This document shows positions 8,860 to 16,615 of a stretch of 64,000 nt of DNA, piece by piece (positions within the stretch are counted from its first letter, which is position 1; the number at the start of each line of letters is the position of its first letter). A program made the translations under genes and the position numbers. The DNA is from an uncultured Verrucomicrobiae bacterium (GTDB lineage: Bacteria > Verrucomicrobiota > Verrucomicrobiia > Limisphaerales > Palsa-1400): contig CAVPOM010000004.1 in the NCBI GenBank assembly GCA_963707025.1, positions 64,001 through 128,000 of the forward strand, in the 5' to 3' direction. Below the pieces are notes generated by a model. It had not been told where the DNA came from. It saw only the letters and a program-made list of their open reading frames with translations, and did not search any database.

Positions 8860-8873
8860 AAGCTCGGTAGATG

Positions 8874-9338
8874 CTATTTTTCAGGCTCCACTGTGAGCGC
8901 CCAAACAAGGGCAATGACCCAGCCAACACCAGTCCAGCCGAGCAAAAGATTTAAGACGAGTATCGCCATGTGGTTGCGTTTCTTTCGTCCAATGTAGGCA
9001 GGGATGAAATAAATACAAAATGCCACGGCCAACATGACTAGGGTGAGAACCAGGCTGAAAACGAGAGCCATCGTCCGGCCCATTATCATCCCAATCGTTT
9101 CCTCCTCGTCTGATCTGTCAAAAAACGCCCCGCAGAACGCAATCGCGAAAATTGCAGCCACACCCAAAATAGTCCAGGTTTTCTTGGAGATGGGCTTTTT
9201 GGGTAATTCAACGTGGAGCGGTGTGGCCTTTCGGCAATGTGGGCAGACGATGACTATTCCACGCTGATAGTTGGCGGCTTCAAATTCAATTCCGCCTTCG
9301 CAATGGACACACCAAGCTCGCAGCAACGGTTCTGACAT
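8874..9338 (-). CDS. Superinfection immunity-type membrane protein with N-terminal zinc ribbon
   Basis: CVHC...CPHC, then YFIPAYIGRKKRNHMAILVLNLLLGWTGVGWVIALVWAL (T4 Imm-like signature). Confidence 0.85.
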   Translation of the reverse strand: MSEPLLRAWCVHCEGGIEFEAANYQRGIVIVCPHCRKATPLHVELPKKPISKKTWTILGVAAIFAIAFCGAFFDRSDEEETIGMIMGRTMALVFSLVLTLVMLAVAFCIYFIPAYIGRKKRNHMAILVLNLLLGWTGVGWVIALVWALTVEPEK

Positions 9339-9368
9339 AATTCCTTTCGCAAGCGGGAAGGAAAAAGG

Positions 9369-9464
9369 CGCGGACCCAGCGCACCCGAACGAGGCACTGC
9401 GAAGCGCCTTGAGGAGAATGCGCCGAGCCGCGGGTCTCCTCTGAAATTTCGCAGTTTTCGTTCG
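9369..9464 (-). ncRNA. C4-like antisense/leader structured RNA
   Basis: Minus-strand ~17-bp stem with several G-U pairs enclosing hairpin AGGCGC-UUCGCA-GUGCCU; complementary boxes lie upstream and at the imm RBS. Confidence 0.55.
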
Positions 9465-9702
9465 ACCCTTACCGCTACGCTAAAATATCAATCGCAACTT
9501 TTAATCCCCGCTTTTTTTGAGTCAAGAAATTCCCATCAACAAAATGAAACCTCCAAACCTTACAGTCGCGCAAAAAGCCCAAATTCTTGGCGATCCGTTG
9601 CCCGGCGTCACCGGCGATAAATTGCTTGCCGCTGCCGCAATCCGTCAATATCCTCCCATAATCCGCACCAATCCTCGAATTATTAGGCCGCGGTATGACC
9701 GT

Positions 9703-10476
9703 ATGACGATATTGGCTGGTATAATCTGCAAGAGGTTCATCGTTCTTGGCGCGGACAGCCTATGGACAAATTCCACAGATGGAAGCATGGTCGAGGCTGA
9801 TAAAATCAGCATTGTAAATTTCAACGACGATCAGGTCCTGGTCGGGCAGGCCGGATTAAGGCCCATCACGATGGAGGTCGTGGAAACCTTACGCAAAAAG
9901 GCAAGGGGCAAAAAGATCACAGAACCTCGCGCCGTGACCAAAATTGTCAAGGACGCCATCCGCGAAACAAAAACCTCTTTGGACGAGGCCGCAACAGGCT
10001 TTGGGACAACGCATGGTGCAGCGCTTATGATTGCGTTTTACGCGCAGAACCGGCCCCAGCTTTATATATGCCACCTCTTTAATACTGGCGTCCCAGAACC
10101 AGCGCCGTCGCATTATGCGACTGCGGGCTGCGCCGATCTCCTTGCGAATTATTTTCTTAGGGAGTTTTCTGAACCAGGCGCGGAGGATGAATTGCAACTC
10201 GCGGCTTTGATCTACACCATCGCAAAGGTGAAGGAATATAGCGTGTATTGCGGGGGTCCAACCACTATAAAATATCTGACAACATTTTCGACTGGGCTGG
10301 ATTCTCCGCGTGTTGCAAAGGCAACCGCCCTTGCCCCCGAATTCATCGAGCGGGTCGAGAAGAAATTGGCGTCCGTGGATTTGAACACCAAGAACGCAAG
10401 AAACAGAGAAATATACGCCGCCTTGCGGGAAGCCTCGGATGAATTTGCCAAGGAGAATTGGAAGTCACCAAAATGA
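9703..10476 (+). CDS. Proteasome-beta-subunit-like Ntn hydrolase
   Basis: M-T1-ILAGIICKRFIVLGADS...KI...GQAG...YATAGCAD...YCGG; true start is ATG 9703, not 9517. Confidence 0.75.
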   Translation: MTILAGIICKRFIVLGADSLWTNSTDGSMVEADKISIVNFNDDQVLVGQAGLRPITMEVVETLRKKARGKKITEPRAVTKIVKDAIRETKTSLDEAATGFGTTHGAALMIAFYAQNRPQLYICHLFNTGVPEPAPSHYATAGCADLLANYFLREFSEPGAEDELQLAALIYTIAKVKEYSVYCGGPTTIKYLTTFSTGLDSPRVAKATALAPEFIERVEKKLASVDLNTKNARNREIYAALREASDEFAKENWKSPK

Positions 10477-11309
10477 ACAAACTGAGCGTGGAGGCACGGG
10501 TGATGATCGTCAGATGTTTAGTGGAGGGCAATTCGCTCCGGTCCACCGTCCGAATGACGGACATTCACCGCACAACGATTCAAAAGCTCTTGGTGGAGCT
10601 TGGTGTGGTCTGTTCCGCATATCAGGACAAGGCTTTTCGCAACCTGAAGTGCAGGCGGTTGCAGTGCGATGAAATTTGGGCATTCGTGGGCTGCAAGCAA
10701 AAGAACACGACGCCGGAAACCCGGATGGTTAAACAATGGGGTGATGTTTGGACTTGGACGGCGATGGACGCGGAAACAAAGCTCGTGCCGTGCTGGTTCG
10801 TCGGCAACCGGGACAGCAGTTCTGCCTATCATTTCATCAACGATCTGGCCGGAAGGCTCGCCAGCCGCATCCAGTTGACCACAGACGGCCATAAGCCTTA
10901 CCTGGAGGCCGTGGAAGGTGCATTTGGGGCGGACATTGATTATGCGCAATTGCAGAAGATTTATGGGGTTCAGGGCGGCCCGAAAGAGAGCGCGGAAGTC
11001 CGGTATAGCCCAGCCCAGTGCATGGGGGCGCGCCGGGCGATCATCTCCGGTCATCCCGATTATGACCACATTTCCACCAGCTTCACGGAGCGTCAAAACC
11101 TCACAATGAGGATGTCCATGCGCCGGTTCACGCGCCTGACCAACGCCTTCTCAAAGAAGGTCGAGAACCATGAGGCGGCGGTGGCTCTCCACTTCATGCA
11201 CTACAATTTCGCCAGGATTCACATGTCGCTTCGCGTCACCCCTGCGATGGAGGCCGGCGTGGCCGATCACGTTTGGAGCGTCGAGGAAATTATCCGCCTT
11301 TTAGGGTGA
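10473..11309 (+). CDS. IS1-family DDE transposase
   Basis: MNKLS..LVEGNSLRS, QCDEIWAFV, LTTDGHKPY, ERQNLTMRMSMRRFTRLTNAFSKK. Confidence 0.92.
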   Translation: MNKLSVEARVMIVRCLVEGNSLRSTVRMTDIHRTTIQKLLVELGVVCSAYQDKAFRNLKCRRLQCDEIWAFVGCKQKNTTPETRMVKQWGDVWTWTAMDAETKLVPCWFVGNRDSSSAYHFINDLAGRLASRIQLTTDGHKPYLEAVEGAFGADIDYAQLQKIYGVQGGPKESAEVRYSPAQCMGARRAIISGHPDYDHISTSFTERQNLTMRMSMRRFTRLTNAFSKKVENHEAAVALHFMHYNFARIHMSLRVTPAMEAGVADHVWSVEEIIRLLG

Positions 11310-11415
11310 AAATCCAAACTGTACCACTACCAAAAACTCGAATCAGTTGATTTGCAACGATTTGGAGGGTATCATGTCTTGAACGCCGACATGAGCGCTG
11401 TTTCACTTTAGCTCT

Positions 11416-12486
11416 ATGAATTGGAAACGTTTGCTGGCTTATATCACCGGGTCTGCCGACCAAGAACTCCTCTTGCGAAATGAGTATTTGGCCATCGAGA
11501 ATCGCCTCCTCAGGAAGCAGCTCAAAGGTCGGCCCCGCCTGACGGACGACGAGCGCATCACCCTGGCCGAGATCGGGCAGCGGTTGGGCAGAAAAGCCCT
11601 GGCCGAAGTGGCGTAGATGGTGAGGCCAGAAACCATCCTGGCTTGGCACCGGAAGCTGGTGGCCAAGAAATTCGACGGTGCAAAGAATCGTTCCACGCTT
11701 GGGCCTCCGTCCACTCTCAAGTCCCTGGAAGATTTGGTGTTGCAAATGGCCCGGGACAACCGCACCTGGGGCTATAAACGGATTACGGGCGCGCTGGAAA
11801 ACCTTGGGCACAAAATCAGTCGCGAAAGCGTGGTCAACATTTTGAAGCGCCACGGCGTGGCGCCGGCCCCGGAACGGGGCAAGAGAATGCTCTGGAAGGA
11901 TTTCATCCAGTCCCATTTGGAAGTGTTGGCGGCGGTGGATTTCTTCACGGCCGAGGTCTGGACGCCAAGTGGATTGATGACCTACTGCGTGCTGGTCTTC
12001 ATGCGGGTTGGATTGAGACAGATCTGCCTGGCCGGTTTCACTCTGGCCCCGGATTGTGAATGGATGAAGCAGATGGCCCGGAACTGGACGATGGCCGGGG
12101 AGGGGATGTTGCAGGGTTGCCGTTATCTGCTGCACGATCGCGATACCAAGTTCTGCGCCGCCTTTGACGAGGTTCTGCGGTCGGCCGGCATCGAACCGCT
12201 CACGCTGCCGCCCCGAAGTCCGAATTTGAACGCACACTTGGAGCGCTGGGATCGCTCGGTCAAGGAGGAGTGTTTATCGAAGATGATCTTCTTCGGCGAG
12301 CCTTCGCTCCGGCATGTGCTTTCAAATTATGCCCAACATTATCACGGCGAAAGAAACCATCAAGGAAGGGGGAATGTGATCTTGTTTCCAGCGGCCGCAG
12401 ATCGAATTGGCGAAGTAACCGGGGAGATTCGCACCCGTCAGCGACCGGGAGGGTTGCTCAAATTTTATTACCAGGAAGCTGCATGA
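11416..12486 (+). pseudogene. HTH + rve integrase-core transposase with in-frame TAG at 11614-11616
   Basis: ORFs 11416-11616 and 11617-12486 are in one frame; DFF, HDRDTKF, LER motifs. Confidence 0.85.
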
Positions 12487-12599
12487 ATATTTTGACCCTG
12501 CGCCGATGAAAGGCTGCCGGCATTACATGGAGGAGACGTTGCCGCCGATGGAGGCTTTTCATGCCGTCGCGGTCGTCAATCCGAATGACCGATAGCGAA

Positions 12600-14153
12600 T
12601 CACTTCAAGACTTGGATTCGCTGGGGACCGGGTTGGGAGGCTTGCACCCGATAGAAGGCTTCAGCGGACAGTGGCGTGGGGTCGGTGAGTGAGATGCCGC
12701 CACCGTTGGTGGCGAGGAGTGCGTCGGCCACCTGCATCCATGCCGGTGGAGTTAGTTGCGCGGCGCGCCACAGCGAGTAGTTCAGGCCGGCGCGGAAGTT
12801 GGCGGACACGATGACGGCGTTGTTGCTCCATTGCAAACAGAAGATATTGGGGAGCGTCGCGGCGGCGGCGGCGGCGGCGGCCCCAAAATCAACGCGGCCC
12901 CAGCCGTAATACTCGTCCCAGCCCGGAGCGCCCAAATCCACGGCGGTATTGGTCAGAATTCCGATGACGTCGCCGGGAGCCAAGGTGGGATTGAAACTGA
13001 ATATCCATGCGACGATGCCGGCGACCAGCGGCGCGGCGAAGCTGCATCCTGTGGCTGTGGCATAGCCGCCGCCGGTGGTAGTGGAGTAAATTTGATAGCC
13101 TGGCGCGGAGAAATCAATGTAGGGGCCGTACAGGGTACCTTGGAAATTGTCGGCGGCGTCGGTCATTGCAACACAGTAAACGTCGGGCTGATTGGGGCCG
13201 TTGAGAAGGCCGCTGCCATCAATGGCGGACATCACCAGGATGCCATTGGCGTTGGTTTTGAGGAAAAGGCCGGCGGCTTCGAGCACCGAGTTGGTGCCGC
13301 CGCTCCAACTGATGTTGACCACGCGCACGCCATTGGTCGCGGCCCAGAGGGTGGCGTTGTACATCTCGCTGATGGCGCCGTTGATGTTGATGGGCAACAC
13401 CTGGCAATTGGCCGTGCCGGCAACGCCGATCCCGTTGTTGATGACGGCCGCGGCCATGCCTGCGCAGAGGGTGGAATGGGCGATGCCGGGACTGGAGGTC
13501 ACCGGCTGGTTTGCAACGACGTCCCAGCCGGCGACGGTGTTGGCAGCGAGGTCCGGATGATCCATTTGAAAGGGTGAATCCACAATGGCCACTTGCACCG
13601 ACGGCAGGCCCAGGCTGTAGTTCCACGCTTGAAAGCTGCCGATGACCCGATGGTGCCATTGGTTGGTTAGCTGCGGATCGTTGGGTGTGAACTCTCGGCG
13701 CTCGAAGGTGTCCAGTTCGGCGAATTCCACATCCGCGCGCCGGCGCAAGGTCTGGACGGCGTCCCACTCACGCAACGGTTCGACGCGCAGAGCCGAAACC
13801 AACGGCTGGCCGCGGAATTTTACGAGGACGATTTCGGGGTTGAAAAACTGGATGGAACCCTGCCCGGTGTCCAGGCGTCCGAAGTGGCGCGCCTGATAAT
13901 TGACGTGCGCCAATGTGTTGGCCTGGGGCAGGGGCACGGCGCGGTCCGCCAAATCCGCCGCGGACAGGCTGGGGAAGGTCGTGAGAGCAGGGATGCGCCG
14001 ACCGGGAATGTCATCCGGCAGCTTGGCGGCAGGCCGGCGCGCCAGGTTACCAGGGAGGCCCAAATCCTCGTCGGAAGCGGAGGAGTAGGACAATTGCGCG
14101 CCCGCGGCGGCGGCGAGCGCCAGGAGCGATGCAAGACAAAGCAGGCCTTTCAC
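12600..14153 (-). CDS. Secreted S8 subtilase (atypical motifs) with C-terminal FYR domain
   Basis: GTG 14153 overlaps upstream TGA; signal peptide; AIVDSP, AHSTLCAG, GCSFAAP; YYGWGRVD; AFYRVQ. Confidence 0.88.
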   Translation of the reverse strand: MKGLLCLASLLALAAAAGAQLSYSSASDEDLGLPGNLARRPAAKLPDDIPGRRIPALTTFPSLSAADLADRAVPLPQANTLAHVNYQARHFGRLDTGQGSIQFFNPEIVLVKFRGQPLVSALRVEPLREWDAVQTLRRRADVEFAELDTFERREFTPNDPQLTNQWHHRVIGSFQAWNYSLGLPSVQVAIVDSPFQMDHPDLAANTVAGWDVVANQPVTSSPGIAHSTLCAGMAAAVINNGIGVAGTANCQVLPININGAISEMYNATLWAATNGVRVVNISWSGGTNSVLEAAGLFLKTNANGILVMSAIDGSGLLNGPNQPDVYCVAMTDAADNFQGTLYGPYIDFSAPGYQIYSTTTGGGYATATGCSFAAPLVAGIVAWIFSFNPTLAPGDVIGILTNTAVDLGAPGWDEYYGWGRVDFGAAAAAAAATLPNIFCLQWSNNAVIVSANFRAGLNYSLWRAAQLTPPAWMQVADALLATNGGGISLTDPTPLSAEAFYRVQASQPGPQRIQVLK

Positions 14154-15799
14154 TGTTTCTTGATGCGGTAAAAGGAGGGTGAACTGGCCCCGAGGTTTGT
14201 GAAAAACTGGAACGAGTTGGTCAGCGTGTAATTTAGCAACGGGAGCCAGGCGATGGTTCCGGAAAGATTCCTCAACGTCTGCAGCGTGTAGTTTGTGCCA
14301 GCCAGTCCAAAAACCAGGAGAGTGAAGTTGGTTCCAGAAAGCGAGCCTTGGAGAATAGGCGGGTCGGCATTGAGGACATAGGCCCGGAAAAAGGCGGCGG
14401 GAGGGGCCGGGACCAAATTGGGAATGGCCTGCATCAGGCCGGACATGGGCACGCTGAGGAAATTGGACCAGCCGCCGGACTGGGCAAGATTGGTCTCCGC
14501 TTGGATTTGGTAGCTCTGGCCCGGGATGCCGTAAAGGACCAGGTTGGGGCTGCCGGCCACAAGCTGCATATCCAGGAGCGGCTGCGGGCCGACGATGACC
14601 GCCCGGCCCGGTTGCAGGGAAAACACCGTGGCAGCGCCCGCGCCGGCGTTGGTGCCTTGCGGCGCCTGCGGCGTCAGCGCCACGAAAGCGGAGGATTGAT
14701 TGGAGGCGGCGGTGAGGTTCAATTGGGCGATTTGTTGGCTGCCTTGAAGGTTCATTCCGGTCGCGGCAGTGAAGGAGAGTTGAACGGTGTTGGACGAAAG
14801 CGCGTTCAACGATGCCGTACTCAAAGCCGGGGTGGCGGCCTGCACAGAGATGGCGGTGAACAAATTGGTGGGGAAGTTCAGCACAAAGGAAAGGCCGGTG
14901 AGCGCGCCCTGGGAGTAGAGTGTGATGGGCGCGGAACCGCTGCCACCCGCCAGCATCACGGCGCCGCCAACAGAAATCGTCGTGGCAAGCGCGCCCAACG
15001 AAACCGAGCCAGCCTGGCCAACGAAAAAGTTGTTTGAAAGAACCAGCGTGTAGGTTTGCATGGGACCGGATGAGGAGGTGCCGACAACGGCGGCCGTGAA
15101 CAATTCGCTGCCAACAGGCGAATAATTGGTGCCGCCCGCGGCGGCGAGCAAGTCGTTGACGTTGAAAAAAGCCTGGTTGGTGGCCGCGCCGTCGCCCACC
15201 ACCGCCGCCAGGACGGAGGAACTGTTGGAGGCGGTGAGAGTAATGATCGAGCCGGGCGGGTTGGCGTCGTTGAGCGTCACCAGCAGTTGCTGCGACTGCA
15301 AAACAAAGGAATTCTCCTGCGCGGTGGCGACCGAGGGCAAAGGCCCGCTCGGAGGCCACACGGCTGACTGGCCGTTGGTATTGGTCACGGTCATCCGGTA
15401 ATAATAGGTTGTGCCCGGGGCGCAGTACGAAACGCGGGCGTAGATCAGCCCCAGGCTCATCGAATCCCGGCGCAAGGCGGCCTGGCTCAAAAGGTCCTGA
15501 TAAGAATTGGCTGCGCTGGGATCGCCGGAGTTCAAGGGATATAACTCGATCCCCACCTGCCCCGCCAGGCTGGCTGTCCCGGCGGGATCGGAAAAAACGG
15601 AAATGGCAACATTGGTCGTGGCCATGATGGCGCGCGAAACCGCCGCCACCAGGGAAAATCCACCGGGGGTGACGTTGACCGCTGCCACGTTCGTCAGAAG
15701 AATTTGCGCGCCGGCGAACCGCAGGCCGAGAAGAAGGCAGGCCAAGCCTGCGCCGAGGCGCGCCGCGCCGCGAATCTTTTGTTTTGACAGCATGGTCAT
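14150..15799 (-). CDS. Secreted FN3/cohesin-like domain protein with two tandem FYR domains
   Basis: ATG 15799 overlaps rhodanese stop; signal peptide; PGTTYYYR; cohesin-like APITL..LTGLSFVLNF; FFRAY and SFYRIKKQ. Confidence 0.75.
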   Translation of the reverse strand: MTMLSKQKIRGAARLGAGLACLLLGLRFAGAQILLTNVAAVNVTPGGFSLVAAVSRAIMATTNVAISVFSDPAGTASLAGQVGIELYPLNSGDPSAANSYQDLLSQAALRRDSMSLGLIYARVSYCAPGTTYYYRMTVTNTNGQSAVWPPSGPLPSVATAQENSFVLQSQQLLVTLNDANPPGSIITLTASNSSSVLAAVVGDGAATNQAFFNVNDLLAAAGGTNYSPVGSELFTAAVVGTSSSGPMQTYTLVLSNNFFVGQAGSVSLGALATTISVGGAVMLAGGSGSAPITLYSQGALTGLSFVLNFPTNLFTAISVQAATPALSTASLNALSSNTVQLSFTAATGMNLQGSQQIAQLNLTAASNQSSAFVALTPQAPQGTNAGAGAATVFSLQPGRAVIVGPQPLLDMQLVAGSPNLVLYGIPGQSYQIQAETNLAQSGGWSNFLSVPMSGLMQAIPNLVPAPPAAFFRAYVLNADPPILQGSLSGTNFTLLVFGLAGTNYTLQTLRNLSGTIAWLPLLNYTLTNSFQFFTNLGASSPSFYRIKKQ

Positions 15800-16612
15800 G
15801 GGCCTGTTTGTCCTCTGGAGGAGAGCGGGTTTTGGCTCCGAATTGTTCCCTGATAGCGAGGGCCGCTGCGTTCCAAACCCGGCCGGCCTTTGCGGGCAAT
15901 GGCCAATTCTCCGCCGGCCAGGACGGCGTAGCGGTGAACGCCCTTGGCCTTCAGGAGGCGGGCTTGCGCTTCGGCGCTTCCGTCCGCGGAATCTATCAGG
16001 ACCACCAGCGGCGCAGCACCCGAACTCACTTCCGTCTGCGTCAAAGCAGTCTCGCTCACGCAGGCCTGGGAATTCGCGGCTCAAGTCCGTCAGTCCGGAG
16101 GAGTTTTTCAGCACCGCCCGGGTCGGTTGGCGCAAATCAACCAGGACAACGTCGCCGGGGTCCATGGCCTGCAATTGGGCGTAGGTGATATAGTTGATGG
16201 CTTCCGGCCTCAGGCCGCGCCCGGCTGTGGTCAGGGCCTGGGCCGACAGCCAGGCGGCATAACCTCCGGATAAAGTATCCACTGTAATGCCGGGCTTCCT
16301 GGCTAGGGCGGCGGCGGCGGTTTGAAGATCCTGATTGCCACTGCGGCCGAGGCCATCGTCATACACCACCACTTTGCCCAGCGGCGGCATATTCTTGACC
16401 GGGCAGAGCGCGGCCGGAATGTTGATGGCGCCCGGGATGTGGTCTTTGGAATAAACACTGGTCTGGCGAATGTCAATGACCATCACCTTGTCCCCCGCGG
16501 CCAGGGCGCGCTGCAAAGCGGCCACGGTCATCGTTCCGGCCTGGAGCGCAAGACTTGGGCAAAGGGCCATTGCGCCCGTCCAACAAATGCAAATTGAAAC
16601 GATGCGGCGCAT
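15796..16612 (-). CDS. Secreted tandem rhodanese-like protein (frameshift near 16060)
   Basis: IDIRQ..Y...HIPGAINIP, LSGGYAAW; second domain VDLR continues in another frame (LVVLIDSADG...VLAGGE) to TGA 15796. Confidence 0.8.
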
Positions 16613-16615
16613 AGG

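Larger units (their letters stand above)
8624..11331 (+). mobile_element. IS1-family element with passenger genes (transporter IS)
   Basis: Perfect 17-bp IR GGTAGTGGTACAGTTTG 8624-8640 / CAAACTGTACCACTACC 11315-11331; 8-bp TSD AAAAACTC at 8616-8623 and 11332-11339. Confidence 0.93.
8606..12502 (+). mobile_element. rve/integrase-core IS-like element whose left end is interrupted by an IS1-family element
   Basis: Reconstituted left end CGGAAGGTCCAAAAACTCG matches the reverse complement of the right end 12484-12502 (CGCAGGGTCAAAATATTCA) at 13/19. Confidence 0.5.

Noticed and set aside
8849..8870. Tandem 11-bp repeat AAGCTCGGTAG x2
   Set aside because: Two copies between convergent gene ends; looks like a small duplication, not CRISPR or iterons
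14154..15899. N-terminal half of the 1099-aa ORF 12600-15899
   Set aside because: Arg/Pro-rich off-frame shadow of the cohesin-like gene; real subtilase starts at GTG 14153
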